Part shown: one piece after another, positions 38,582 through 48,819 of the stretch
Layout of the letters: every line of letters starts with the position of its first letter
Position numbering within the stretch: position 1 is the first letter of the stretch
NCBI GenBank assembly: GCA_963702415.1
Contig: CAVPCP010000014.1
Span: 131,798 to 195,797, forward strand
Source: an uncultured Bacteroidales bacterium
Lineage (GTDB): Bacteria > Bacteroidota > Bacteroidia > Bacteroidales > VadinHA17
Length of the DNA stretch: 64,000 nucleotides
Reading direction: 5' to 3'
Program-made: the position numbers and the translations under genes
The notes under the pieces: model-generated
What the model saw: the letters and a program-made list of their open reading frames with translations, nothing else
What the model was told of the DNA's origin: nothing
Database searches by the model: none

Positions 38582-39896
38582 CGAACGAGCAAATATTGAT
38601 CTTCTTTTCAGGAACGGCCTCAAAGATTATGAGGTCCTGCCTCCGGTTGAGGTATGGAATAATATTCTTCCCGTAATACGGCGCAAACAGAGACCGGTTT
38701 TGTTGCTCCGGAGTGCAGCACTCCTTGCTGTATTATTGTCATTAAGCTTCCTGGCTTACCAGTGGAGCCGTGAATTATCACAATCGCTACAGGATCCCCT
38801 TATTGCAGTGGCAGATCAGTATATCCAGCCTCAGATTAATATATCACCCGGGATAAGAACAGCCATACAACCTTCAGTCAGCCAGCAAAAAGGGAAATTG
38901 ATTGATGGGAATACTTCAGATGAGCAGCCTGTCGCTGATTTATCTGACGGAGAAAATATCAGATCATCTGATATTGATATTATTCCAGAAATAATGGATC
39001 CGACAGCCGGCAACAATTTAAGCGTTCCCCTGAGTATTCAAATGATTCGTGGATTCAGTTACAATACCGACATTGCAAATACCGGGTACGAAAGTCTCAA
39101 TAAGTATGATTTTGATGAGCCAAAAGAGAAAATAAACCGGTGGTCAGTAACAGCGATGGCCTCACCTACATTTTATCTCCGGCCCGATATAGGCACCGGT
39201 GAAATTTCTGACCAGATCAATTCGTCAGAGCAAACCAGGCTCTCATATACCGGAGGTGTTGGGTTCGCCTATAAGCTCAGCAGAAAGTTCAGCGTACAGT
39301 CCGGACTTTACTATGCAACCGTTGGAAATGAGGTGAGCGGTATCAACTCATTTGCAGGATTCCGTGAGTATGACTATACAAAAGGAGATCATAATTTTGA
39401 AGTCCTGACATCAAGCGGAAGGATCTATACTGATAATGCAGATGTGTTCCTTCGTGACAATTCAGGTGACCGTGTTCAGACAATGTACACAAATGATGTC
39501 TTTGATCCTGCCAAAGCCAATCTTTCATATATAAATAACACACTTTTCCAGAATTTCAGTTATCTGGAAATGCCGGTTATATTCAGATATAAACTTGTGG
39601 ATAAGAGCATTGACTTTAACCTTATCGGAGGTTTATCATATAATCTTCTTGTTAATAATTCAGTGCATACTGTTATTGACGGGAGCAGGTATAATGTCGG
39701 AAAGACTGAAGGGATGAATCCATTGATGGTAAGCAGCTCCCTTGGAATGGGAATGGAATATAACCTCAGCGACAAATTCTCCCTGAACCTTGAGCCCACC
39801 TTTAAATATTACCTCAATCCGTTCGGTGAGTTCACAGGCCTGAAGTCACAACCATATTCATTCGGCGTCTTCTCAGGTCTGTCATATAAATTCTGA
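38574..39896 (+). CDS. Sigma-coupled membrane protein: short N-terminal region + TM segment + linker + C-terminal outer-membrane beta-barrel (PorT/OMP_b-brl_2-like)
   Basis: TTG start overlapping the sigma stop by 8 nt. N-terminus DLLFRNGLKDYEVLPPVEVWNNI, hydrophobic segment LLLRSAALLAVLLSLSFLAY. The C-terminal ~250 aa have alternating beta-strand patterns and end ..FGVFSGLSYKF. Confidence 0.65.
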   Translation: MANERANIDLLFRNGLKDYEVLPPVEVWNNILPVIRRKQRPVLLLRSAALLAVLLSLSFLAYQWSRELSQSLQDPLIAVADQYIQPQINISPGIRTAIQPSVSQQKGKLIDGNTSDEQPVADLSDGENIRSSDIDIIPEIMDPTAGNNLSVPLSIQMIRGFSYNTDIANTGYESLNKYDFDEPKEKINRWSVTAMASPTFYLRPDIGTGEISDQINSSEQTRLSYTGGVGFAYKLSRKFSVQSGLYYATVGNEVSGINSFAGFREYDYTKGDHNFEVLTSSGRIYTDNADVFLRDNSGDRVQTMYTNDVFDPAKANLSYINNTLFQNFSYLEMPVIFRYKLVDKSIDFNLIGGLSYNLLVNNSVHTVIDGSRYNVGKTEGMNPLMVSSSLGMGMEYNLSDKFSLNLEPTFKYYLNPFGEFTGLKSQPYSFGVFSGLSYKF

Positions 39897-39977
39897 TCCT
39901 GCACTCTCTCCTTGCTTATTTTTTTTATCTTTCACGAATTCCTTTGTTCATTTTAAGGTAGCGTTGGCATAATTTTA

Positions 39978-40010
39978 AGATGCAAATAGATTACCTTTGC
40001 ATCTTGTTTT
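39978..40010 (+). terminator. Intrinsic terminator hairpin
   Basis: AGATGCAAA-tagattacc-TTTGCATCT (9-bp stem) followed by TGTTTT. Confidence 0.55.
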
Positions 40011-40028
40011 AAAAACAGACCGGTAATA

Positions 40029-40988
40029 ATGTTGAAAACACACATAAGATCTTTGACCGCAGGGTTAATAATAATCAGTATTGCAGCTTTGATTTTTATT
40101 ATTAATCAAAGTTTTAAACGTAATCCCGTTAGCTCTGTGGAATACTTTTCAGGAGATTCGGTTTTTTATAACAAGCCGTATAAAATACCTGATAATGTAA
40201 GTTTTGCAGGTGAGAAAATGCCACTTGACAATTTTGATACACGCGAAAGTCTTGATCGCGAAATACTTACAAGTGCTTACAGGCACTCATCAACAATAAT
40301 GATCATAAAAAGAGCTAACCGCTATCTCCCTGTTATTGAAAATATCCTTAAAATGAACAACATTCCGGATGATTTCAAGTATCTGGTGGCAGCCGAAAGT
40401 GAATACAGCAATATGGTATCTCCGGCAGGTGCCACCGGTTTCTGGCAGATCATGCCCGAAACAGGAAAGGAAGAAGGAATGGAGATCAATAATATTGTGG
40501 ATGAACGATATCATCTTGAGAGATCAACAGAGTTTGCCTGCGATTATTTTCGGAAATCTTATCAGAAATACGGGAACTGGACGCTCACAGCTGCCTCATA
40601 TAACGGTGGCAGGGCAGCACTTGATGAGCAGATCAGAATACAACAGCAAAATAATTATTACGATCTTCTCCTTTCAGAGGAGACAGCAAGGTATATTTTC
40701 AGGGCAGTGGCCTACAAGCTGGTAATAACCGACCCTGAAGCATTTGGGTTTACTCTTGACAAAAGTGACCTGTACCCGGTTTTAAATTATTATGAAGTGA
40801 AAGTGGATACCGCTGTCACAGATTTTTCAGTATTTGCAAAACAAATGGGAACAAATTACAAAATGCTCAAGTACCTCAACCCATGGTTACGGAAACCATA
40901 TTTAACCCCAAAACCAAACAAAGTATATCTTATCAAGATACCTGCAGAAGGGATGCGTTCAATTGAACAAACTGAAATTGTTAACTGA
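40029..40988 (+). CDS. Lytic transglycosylase (SLT domain) protein
   Basis: N-terminal TM anchor. SLT catalytic motif [21 protein letters not shown], and AASYNGG. Confidence 0.85.
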   Translation: MLKTHIRSLTAGLIIISIAALIFIINQSFKRNPVSSVEYFSGDSVFYNKPYKIPDNVSFAGEKMPLDNFDTRESLDREILTSAYRHSSTIMIIKRANRYLPVIENILKMNNIPDDFKYLVAAESEYSNMVSPAGATGFWQIMPETGKEEGMEINNIVDERYHLERSTEFACDYFRKSYQKYGNWTLTAASYNGGRAALDEQIRIQQQNNYYDLLLSEETARYIFRAVAYKLVITDPEAFGFTLDKSDLYPVLNYYEVKVDTAVTDFSVFAKQMGTNYKMLKYLNPWLRKPYLTPKPNKVYLIKIPAEGMRSIEQTEIVN

Positions 40989-41011
40989 TCGATTGAAGGG
41001 TTAGGACGGAG

Positions 41012-43831
41012 ATGAAGGATGAAATAAAGGTTCTTGGCGCCAGGGTGCATAATCTGCAGAATATTGATGTAACAATCCCCCGTAATAAACTGGTAGTTGT
41101 AACAGGACTGAGCGGAAGCGGAAAGTCATCTCTGGCATTTGACACCATATATGCAGAGGGACAGCGTCGCTATATGGAGACTCTGTCAGCATACGCACGT
41201 CAGTTTTTAGGAGGCATGGAACGACCCGATGTTGATAAGATAACAGGGTTAAGCCCCGTAATATCAATAGAACAGAAATCCACCAACAAAAATCCAAGGT
41301 CGACAGTAGGAACGATAACAGAGATCTATGATTTCTTAAGGCTTTTATATGCAAGAGCGGGAGAGGCTTACTCGTGGGCTTCGGGGGAAAAGATGGTCAA
41401 ATATACAGATGACCAGATACTGGAACTTATAAAAACCAGGTTCAGTGAAAAAAAGGTCTACTTTCTTGCACCAATAGTCAAAGGCAGGAAAGGGCACTAT
41501 AAAGAGCTGTTCGAACAATTACGCCGGAAAGGATTCTTGCATGTGAGGATCAACGGAGAAGTCAGGGAGATTGTGAACGGACTAAAGCTCGACAGGTATA
41601 AAACACATAATATAGAACTTGTCATTGATAAGTTCAGGGTTGGCGATATAACTGATAAAAGACTTCGCGATTCAGTGTTTATCGCCCTTGATCAGGGCGA
41701 TGGAATTATGATGGTACTTGATTCTGAAAGCACCGAACCGAGATATTTCAGCAGGCATCTTATGTGCCCTGCTACAGGGATCTCATATAATGAGCCGGCA
41801 CCACATACCTTTTCATTCAATTCCCCGCAGGGCGCCTGTCCTCATTGTAACGGACTCGGCGAAATATCCAGCATTGATATTAAAAAACTGATACCTGATC
41901 CTCTTCTCAGTATACGCAAAGGCGGGATAGAGCCACTCGGAAAATACAAAAATGTCTGGATCTTCTGGCAGATTGAGGCTATTGCGGAAAAAAACGGATT
42001 TACCCTCGATACTCCTGTCGGGGAAATACCTGAGGAGGCCCTTAACAAAGTGCTGTACGGATCTGATGAAGTGCTCAAGCTCTCAAATACGCCTCTCGGA
42101 ATGACTTCAAACTATTTTCTGACATTTGAAGGTGTCGTAAATTTTGTCGGAAATATAGAGATCATTAATGGAAAGAAGAACGGAACCAGAATAAGAGACC
42201 AGTATGTGCAGTACGATGCCTGCCCCGAATGTAAAGGGACACGACTAAAAAAAGAGGCTCTCTTTTTCAGGATAGCTGACAAGAATATAGGGGAGCTTGC
42301 TGCTATGGATATAAAGGATCTGACACTGTTCCTCAGTAACATTGAGGAAAAAATGACAACAAAGCAAAAGATGATTGCTGCAGAGATCCTCAAAGAAATA
42401 AGGGCCAGGCTTGGGTTCCTGAATGAAGTAGGACTTGAATATCTTTCGCTGAACAGGGGAGCAAGGACACTCTCGGGCGGAGAAAGCCAGAGAATAAGAC
42501 TGGCCACACAGATTGGATCAAGACTTGTAAATGTGCTATATATCCTTGATGAACCAAGTATAGGATTGCATCAGAGGGATAACAGGAGACTTATTGCTGC
42601 TCTGAAGCAACTCAGGGATTCGGGTAACTCTGTAATAGTGGTTGAACACGACAGAGAAATGATATTGTCGTCAGATCACATAATTGACATGGGCCCCGGA
42701 GCTGGCCGTCTCGGAGGAAAGGTAGTCGCGTGGGGAGCACCTGAGGAAATGAAATCATTTAATACCCTGACTTCGGAGTATATTACAGGAAAGAGAAAAT
42801 TTCATATTCCGGAAGCAAGAAGAACCGGAAATGGTAAATTCCTGGTCATGACAGGTGCTTCAGGCCATAATCTCAATGATGTTGATGTGGTTTTGCCTCT
42901 TGGCACATTTATATGCGTTACCGGAGTATCGGGAAGCGGGAAGTCTTCCCTGATAAATCAGACCCTTCATCCTGCTCTTGCAAGGAGATTTCATAATTCT
43001 GGGAAAACACCGCTTCCTTACAGGGATGTTTCGGGACTTGAGAATCTCGATAAGGTCATTGAAGTAAACCAGTCTCCGATCGGGAAGACACCACGCTCTA
43101 ATCCTGCGACATATACCGGAGTCTTTACCGATATCAGGAAGCTGTTTGAGCAAACCACTGAAGCCAAGATCCGCGGATTCAGCGCAGGCAGGTTTTCTTT
43201 CAATGTAAAAGGGGGGAGGTGCGAAGGATGCGAAGGAGCAGGAATGAAGACCATTGAAATGAATTTCCTTCCGGATGTTTATGTTCATTGCAATGAATGC
43301 AACGGCAAACGCTATAACCGGGAAACCCTTGAAGTTAAGTATAAGGGGCAGTCAATCAGCGACGTGCTGGAAATGACTGTAAATATAGCAGTCGATTTTT
43401 TTGCAAATATTCCTTCAATATACCACAAGATAAAGACACTTCAGGATGTGGGGCTCGGATACATCAGACTGGGACAGCAATCGACCACTCTTTCGGGAGG
43501 AGAGGCTCAGAGGGTGAAGCTTGCCACAGAGCTTGCACGTCGTGATACCGGCAAGACCCTTTACATCCTTGATGAGCCGACAACAGGATTGCATTTTGAA
43601 GATGTAAGGGTGCTGCTGGAGGTTCTCAGTAAGCTTGTCGAAAGGGGAAATACAGTCATCGTGATCGAACACAACCTGGATGTGGTCAAAATGGCAGATT
43701 ATATTATTGACCTTGGGAAGGAGGGAGGCAAGGAGGGAGGAAATATTATTTTTTCCGGGACTCCTGAAAAACTTGTCAGCTGCAAAGAAAGCTATACAGG
43801 AATATTTCTTGAACCTGAGCTTAAGGCATAG
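41012..43831 (+). CDS. uvrA: Excinuclease ABC subunit A
   Basis: 939 aa. Two ABC modules ([25 protein letters not shown]), Zn-finger Cys clusters, LSGGESQR and LSGGEAQR signatures. Confidence 0.95.
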   Translation: MKDEIKVLGARVHNLQNIDVTIPRNKLVVVTGLSGSGKSSLAFDTIYAEGQRRYMETLSAYARQFLGGMERPDVDKITGLSPVISIEQKSTNKNPRSTVGTITEIYDFLRLLYARAGEAYSWASGEKMVKYTDDQILELIKTRFSEKKVYFLAPIVKGRKGHYKELFEQLRRKGFLHVRINGEVREIVNGLKLDRYKTHNIELVIDKFRVGDITDKRLRDSVFIALDQGDGIMMVLDSESTEPRYFSRHLMCPATGISYNEPAPHTFSFNSPQGACPHCNGLGEISSIDIKKLIPDPLLSIRKGGIEPLGKYKNVWIFWQIEAIAEKNGFTLDTPVGEIPEEALNKVLYGSDEVLKLSNTPLGMTSNYFLTFEGVVNFVGNIEIINGKKNGTRIRDQYVQYDACPECKGTRLKKEALFFRIADKNIGELAAMDIKDLTLFLSNIEEKMTTKQKMIAAEILKEIRARLGFLNEVGLEYLSLNRGARTLSGGESQRIRLATQIGSRLVNVLYILDEPSIGLHQRDNRRLIAALKQLRDSGNSVIVVEHDREMILSSDHIIDMGPGAGRLGGKVVAWGAPEEMKSFNTLTSEYITGKRKFHIPEARRTGNGKFLVMTGASGHNLNDVDVVLPLGTFICVTGVSGSGKSSLINQTLHPALARRFHNSGKTPLPYRDVSGLENLDKVIEVNQSPIGKTPRSNPATYTGVFTDIRKLFEQTTEAKIRGFSAGRFSFNVKGGRCEGCEGAGMKTIEMNFLPDVYVHCNECNGKRYNRETLEVKYKGQSISDVLEMTVNIAVDFFANIPSIYHKIKTLQDVGLGYIRLGQQSTTLSGGEAQRVKLATELARRDTGKTLYILDEPTTGLHFEDVRVLLEVLSKLVERGNTVIVIEHNLDVVKMADYIIDLGKEGGKEGGNIIFSGTPEKLVSCKESYTGIFLEPELKA

Positions 43832-43866
43832 AATTATTATATATTTGAAACGATAAAACTTATTTT

Positions 43867-44583
43867 ATGAAGACGGATAAACCGGCAGATCTTATTAAGG
43901 AGGCATTTGATCAGAAAACATGGCAGGAAATCCATACCACCGATTCATGGAGAGTGTTCAAAATTATCTCCGAACTGGTGGAAGGATTTGAAAAGCTCTC
44001 AAGGATCGGTCCGTGTGTCTCTATCTTTGGTTCGGCAAGGACTCATTACAATGATAAATATTACAGGCTGGCTGAGGATATTGCTTTCAAGCTCACTCAG
44101 AAAGGGTACGGAGTTATAACAGGAGGAGGTCCCGGAATAATGGAGGCGGCTAACAAGGGAGCAACAAGAGGGAATGGTAAATCGGTCGGCATTAATATAG
44201 ACCTGCCCTTTGAACAACGACCAAATACTTTTATTGATTCTGATAAGCTTATCACTTTCGATCATTTTTTTGTAAGAAAGCTTATGTTCATGAAATATGC
44301 CCAGGGGTTTATTGTTTTACCCGGCGGTTTCGGGACTTTTGATGAGCTCTTTGAGGCAATAACGCTGATCCAGACCCGGAAAATCGGGAAATTCCCAATA
44401 ATCCTGGTAGGTAAAAAGTACTGGGGGGGGTTAATTAAATGGATTAATGAAGAGATGCTTGCTGAAGAGCATAATATTTCACCTGAGGACCTTAACCTGT
44501 TTACGCTCGTTGATACTTCAGATGAGGCAGTTGATTTTATTGTTCAGTTCTACTCAAGGTACCTTCTCAGTCCCAACTTCTGA
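43867..44583 (+). CDS. LOG family / TIGR00730 Rossmann-fold nucleotide-binding protein
   Basis: GGGPGIMEAANKGA and PGGFGTFDELFE motifs. Confidence 0.85.
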   Translation: MKTDKPADLIKEAFDQKTWQEIHTTDSWRVFKIISELVEGFEKLSRIGPCVSIFGSARTHYNDKYYRLAEDIAFKLTQKGYGVITGGGPGIMEAANKGATRGNGKSVGINIDLPFEQRPNTFIDSDKLITFDHFFVRKLMFMKYAQGFIVLPGGFGTFDELFEAITLIQTRKIGKFPIILVGKKYWGGLIKWINEEMLAEEHNISPEDLNLFTLVDTSDEAVDFIVQFYSRYLLSPNF

Positions 44584-45039
44584 TTATCGTTTTCTGATCC
44601 GGTCGAGTTCCCGTTCGGAATCTTTGCGTTTAAGGGTTTCGCGCTTGTCATATTCCTTTTTACCCTTCGATACAGCGATCTCGGCTTTTGCAAGGCCCCT
44701 TTCATTAATAAATACCTTAATTACTATTATTGTCAGACCTGCCTCTTTAACCTTCCTTTCTATCTTTTTCAGTTCCCTGGCTTTCAGCAAAAGCTTGCGT
44801 TCTCTTAAAGGATCATGATTATTAAGGTTCCCCCACCAGTATTCTGCAATATGCATTCCCTTGATGTAGAGTTCTGCATCTCTGAAAACACAAAAGGAAT
44901 CAGTAAGTGTTGCTTTCCCTGCCCTGATAGATTTTATCTCGGTTCCCGTCAGCTTTATGCCAGCAATATATTTCTCAAGGAACTCATAATCGTGAGAGGC
45001 CTTTTTATTTCTGATGATAATGTCTGAAGACTTCCTCAT
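44584..45039 (-). CDS. smpB: SsrA-binding protein
   Basis: 151 aa from MRKSSDIIIRNKKASHDYEF..GTEIKSIR..; basic C-terminal tail. Its stop codon abuts the LOG stop codon with a zero-nt gap. Confidence 0.9.
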   Translation of the reverse strand: MRKSSDIIIRNKKASHDYEFLEKYIAGIKLTGTEIKSIRAGKATLTDSFCVFRDAELYIKGMHIAEYWWGNLNNHDPLRERKLLLKARELKKIERKVKEAGLTIIVIKVFINERGLAKAEIAVSKGKKEYDKRETLKRKDSERELDRIRKR

Positions 45040-45046
45040 GTTCTTC

Positions 45047-45628
45047 TTATGCAAAGAATGCAAAATATAATTTATCAATTATGGCAGATAAAATCCAGTC
45101 TGCAGAATAGAACAATGCAATGAAAGTCACTGCTGCCGCAATCAGAAAAGGCATCTTCTTATGCTCCGCGGGATCTATCATCTCTTCCATACCAACCCAG
45201 AAAACATAGAGTCCGTAAAGCGCCAGAACATTAATAAAGATGAAAGACTCGAAGACCCGGCTCAGAATCTGGCAAATAAGAAATGGGATTGAGGAATAAG
45301 CAACTAATTTAAGGGAGAGATTTAAATCCATTCCCAGGTTCATAACCTTAGCTATCTCTATAATTATCAAGGCTGTACAATAAATAACCAGGTAGTACAG
45401 AATGAGATACTTAATACCAGCCAGTACGGAATAAAGATTAGTCAATCCTGTGTTTATGAAAAAATAAGATCCGAGAAAAGCAGAAACCGATGCAAGTATT
45501 GTTAGAGGTAATATTAAATTAATTTTTATGAATTTGGCTTCATGGTTTTCTGAATGAATTGTTTCCCAGGCTTTTATGGGATCAACAGTTACGTTTCTAA
45601 TGCTGTCGGCCAGAAATTTAAAATCCAT
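45047..45628 (-). CDS. Yip1-like integral membrane protein
   Basis: 193 aa. Soluble N-terminus (..DPIKAWETI..) followed by 5 TM helices. The family call is tentative. Confidence 0.55.
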   Translation of the reverse strand: MDFKFLADSIRNVTVDPIKAWETIHSENHEAKFIKINLILPLTILASVSAFLGSYFFINTGLTNLYSVLAGIKYLILYYLVIYCTALIIIEIAKVMNLGMDLNLSLKLVAYSSIPFLICQILSRVFESFIFINVLALYGLYVFWVGMEEMIDPAEHKKMPFLIAAAVTFIALFYSADWILSAIIDKLYFAFFA

Positions 45629-45702
45629 TGTTAACCAGGTTTAGAGCCGCAAAATTAATTAATTTTATGGTATTATGCTTTTTCCGGATGATCAACTAAA
45701 AG

Positions 45703-46629
45703 ATGAGTGATAAGTCAATTAATTATGATTTACTGGTAATCACGGGTCCTACTGCCTCCGGGAAAACCTCACTGGCTGCTGCTGTTGCCTTTAAGCTCGA
45801 CGGAGAAATAATCAGCGCTGATTCGCGTCAGGTTTACAGGCAAATGAATCTGGGAACAGGCAAAGACTATGTTGATTATCTCACCGGAGGGGAAAAAATA
45901 CCCTGCCATCTGATTGATGTTGCTGACCCTGGTTATAAGTACAATGTATTTGAGTATCAGCGCGATTTCGTAAATGTTCTGAACGATCTGAGATCGAGGA
46001 AAAAATTTCCTGTTGTCTGCGGCGGATCAGGAATGTATATTGATTCGATCATATCTGGTTATCGGATGACTGAAGTGCCACCTGATCCATTGTTAAGGGC
46101 CTCTCTTGAACGAAAATCAATCGGAGAACTTATTGAAATCCTTTCTTCCCTTAAAAAGCTTCACAATAAGACTGATATTGACACAAAGAAGAGGGCAATA
46201 AGGGCAATAGAGATAGAACGATATAATGGTTCAGTGAATGAGAAACAGAATCAATTTCCGCTGACAAAGCCTCTTATAGCAGGAGTGGCATTCAGCCGTG
46301 AAAGAAGGAGGGAAAGAATCAGTGAAAGGTTGAAACAGCGTTTTGAAGAGGGAATGGAAGATGAAGTCAGGCAATTACTGAAGCAGGGTATTGAACCTGA
46401 AACACTTATATACTACGGGCTTGAATACAAGTATATTACTCTTTTCATTACCGGAAGGCTTTCATATAGTGAGATGTTCAGTAAGCTCGAAACAGCTATC
46501 CACCAGTTTGCAAAAAGACAAATGACCTGGTTCCGCGGCATGGAAAGGAAGGGGATAAAGATCCACTGGATCGACGGGGAGCTGCCGATGGAGGAGAAGG
46601 TAGAGAGGGTGTTGGGTTTGCTTTTATAA
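45703..46629 (+). CDS. miaA: tRNA dimethylallyltransferase
   Basis: P-loop GPTASGKTSLA, ISADSRQVYR.MNLGTGK, and the QFAKRQMTWFR motif. Confidence 0.92.
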   Translation: MSDKSINYDLLVITGPTASGKTSLAAAVAFKLDGEIISADSRQVYRQMNLGTGKDYVDYLTGGEKIPCHLIDVADPGYKYNVFEYQRDFVNVLNDLRSRKKFPVVCGGSGMYIDSIISGYRMTEVPPDPLLRASLERKSIGELIEILSSLKKLHNKTDIDTKKRAIRAIEIERYNGSVNEKQNQFPLTKPLIAGVAFSRERRRERISERLKQRFEEGMEDEVRQLLKQGIEPETLIYYGLEYKYITLFITGRLSYSEMFSKLETAIHQFAKRQMTWFRGMERKGIKIHWIDGELPMEEKVERVLGLLL

Positions 46630-46631
46630 TT

Positions 46632-46732
46632 ACCTCTCCCCAACCCCTCCCCCAGGAGGGAGGGGCTTTATCTATGATTATCATTGCTGGAACTCCCCTT
46701 CTCCCCTGGGAGAAGGGGCTGGGGGATGAGGT
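46632..46732. repeat. GC-rich nested-palindrome intergenic element, copy C
   Basis: Left arm ACCTCTCCCCAACCCCTCCCCCAGGAGGGAGGGGC. Right arm CTCCCCTTCTCCCCTGGGAGAAGGGGCTGGGGGATGAGGT (imperfect inverted copy). Each arm is a hairpin. Fills the whole gap between miaA (stop 46629) and the S9 peptidase (stop 46736). Confidence 0.75.
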
Positions 46733-46735
46733 CCT

Positions 46736-48796
46736 TTATTTCAAATACGTATCCAGCCACTCGAAGAACTCCCTCTGCCAGATAACTGCGTTCTGTGGTT
46801 TGAGGACCCAGTGTGACTCATTTTCAAAGAAAAGCAGCCGGCTTGGAATGTTATTCAGCTGGGCACCCTGGAATGCTTCGAGACTCTGGGTATAAGGAAT
46901 CCGGAAATCGTTTGCCCCTGTGATTATCAGAATAGGAGTATCCCAGTCAGCGACACGAAGATGGGGTGAAAATCTGTAGCTTTTTGGATTATCCCAGTAT
47001 GGCCCTTCATAATCTTTATTGACGAACCACATCTCTTCTGTAGATCCATATTCACTGACGAAGTTGAATATTCCGCAATGCGAAATGAATACCTTAAATC
47101 TTCCTCCGTGGATTCCTGCCAGATAGAAGACTGAGTAACCGCCATAGCTTGCACCCACTGCTCCCATTCTTGCGGCATCGACATATGGCTCTTTTGCCAT
47201 TGCGTCAGTGGCATCAAGGTAATCCTGCATGTTGGCACCTCCGTAATCACCAGAGATCTGTTCTTTCCAGGCCTGTCCGAATCCGGCGACTCCCCGCCGG
47301 TTGGGAGCAAAAATAACATATCCTTTTGCTGCCATCATCTGGAAGTTCCATCTGTATGACCAGAACTGAGTAAGTGCACTCTGCGGGCCGCCTTCGCAGA
47401 AAAGCAGTGCCGGATATTTTTTTGAGGGATCAAAATCAGGAGGATAAATTATCCACATTTGAAGGTCCTGGTTATCTTTAGTTTTGATATACTTTTCAGT
47501 GGTTTTGCCCATCCTGACTGATTCATAGATATCCTTGTTGATGAAGCTAAATTGTGTTACCTCTCCGGAGGAAGGATTTACCTTTGAGATTTCAGGTGCC
47601 ATTGAAATTGAATATTGCTGTGCAATCAGCACACCGGATTTCAGAGTTATCGGGCCAAGGTCAAATACACCTTCGGTCAGTTTAATAACCTCTTTCCCGG
47701 AGAGGTCTGTCCTGAAGATCTTTGTTGTCCCAAGATGTGCACAGGTGAAATACATTGTCTGATTATCCATCCAGTTTATACCTGCAACATCGAAGTTCCA
47801 TCCTTTCGTTATCCAGGTACTGGTTCCGGCTTTTATATCATAAACAAATAATCTGTCAAGGTCAGCCTCGTACCCATCTCTTTCCATGCTCTGGAAAGCA
47901 ATTTTTGAACCATCGGGTGAGAAAACAGGAAACCTGTCATATCCGCGATTGTTTTCAGAGATATTCACCTCTTTTCCTGATGAGATATCATAGAGATAAA
48001 TATCAGAATTAGTGCTTTTAGCATCCTCTTTTCCTCTTAATCTCTTGGATGTGTATGCAATATATTTCCCGTCGGGGCTCCAGGATATTTCTGTCTCATC
48101 AAAATAGGGAGATAAAGGGGATTCAAATTTCTGATCCTTCATAATATCTTTTTCCCCTGATACCTCTGAACCATTGAATGATGCAATAAAAATGTGACTG
48201 TAGGAATAATCGCTCCATGTATTCCAGTGCCTGTACATCAGGTCATTAATGATCCTGACCTTTGCATTTGGCAGGTTATGTTTCTCGTTTGCCGTCTGGT
48301 CCAGCTTTACTCTTCTGGTAAAATAAATATTCTTTCCATCAGGAGAGATATTGAATATTTCAAATTCTGATATGCCTGTCACTTTCTTCTGGTCTGTTCC
48401 GTCGGGATTCATCGTCACAAGATCTCCTCCTCTGACAAATGCGATTTTTTTACCATTTTCAATCCATTGGGGTGAACTTCCCTCATCTGCAGTAATCTGT
48501 ACGGGATCGCCTCCTTCAACCGGGATTTTAAAAATATTTGTTTTCCTTGCCTCACTCATAAGATCTGTGCGGGTTACCGTATATAAAACAGCTGATCCGT
48601 CAGGAGAGAGGGTAAATGATCCCAACCGCCCGAATTTCCACATTATTTCCGGTGTCATAACCCCGCCGGCCTTGTCTTCTTCAGTAAGCTGAGAATTAAA
48701 AACCTGTACAGGCTCTGTGACAACAGGGGTTTTTTGTTTACAGGATACACCGATGAGGATGATGCTGATCATCGACAGACAGAGAGATCTTTTCAT
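46736..48796 (-). CDS. S9-family serine peptidase (prolyl oligopeptidase / acylaminoacyl-peptidase type) with N-terminal beta-propeller
   Basis: Lipoprotein-like signal (GVSC). PD40-type repeats. Catalytic GAVGASYGGY (GxSxGG). C-terminal Asp/His region ..TGANDFRIP.., ..ENESHWV. Confidence 0.88.
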   Translation of the reverse strand: MKRSLCLSMISIILIGVSCKQKTPVVTEPVQVFNSQLTEEDKAGGVMTPEIMWKFGRLGSFTLSPDGSAVLYTVTRTDLMSEARKTNIFKIPVEGGDPVQITADEGSSPQWIENGKKIAFVRGGDLVTMNPDGTDQKKVTGISEFEIFNISPDGKNIYFTRRVKLDQTANEKHNLPNAKVRIINDLMYRHWNTWSDYSYSHIFIASFNGSEVSGEKDIMKDQKFESPLSPYFDETEISWSPDGKYIAYTSKRLRGKEDAKSTNSDIYLYDISSGKEVNISENNRGYDRFPVFSPDGSKIAFQSMERDGYEADLDRLFVYDIKAGTSTWITKGWNFDVAGINWMDNQTMYFTCAHLGTTKIFRTDLSGKEVIKLTEGVFDLGPITLKSGVLIAQQYSISMAPEISKVNPSSGEVTQFSFINKDIYESVRMGKTTEKYIKTKDNQDLQMWIIYPPDFDPSKKYPALLFCEGGPQSALTQFWSYRWNFQMMAAKGYVIFAPNRRGVAGFGQAWKEQISGDYGGANMQDYLDATDAMAKEPYVDAARMGAVGASYGGYSVFYLAGIHGGRFKVFISHCGIFNFVSEYGSTEEMWFVNKDYEGPYWDNPKSYRFSPHLRVADWDTPILIITGANDFRIPYTQSLEAFQGAQLNNIPSRLLFFENESHWVLKPQNAVIWQREFFEWLDTYLK

Positions 48797-48819
48797 ATCA
48801 GATTTTATAAAATGGATTA

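Noticed and set aside
43717-43743. A GGGAAGGAGGGAGGCAAGGAGGGAGGA near-tandem duplication (GKEGGKEGG) in uvrA.
   Set aside because: It falls in the Gly-rich segment that UvrA proteins normally have just before the C-terminus (DLGxEGGxxGG). It is in frame and harmless.
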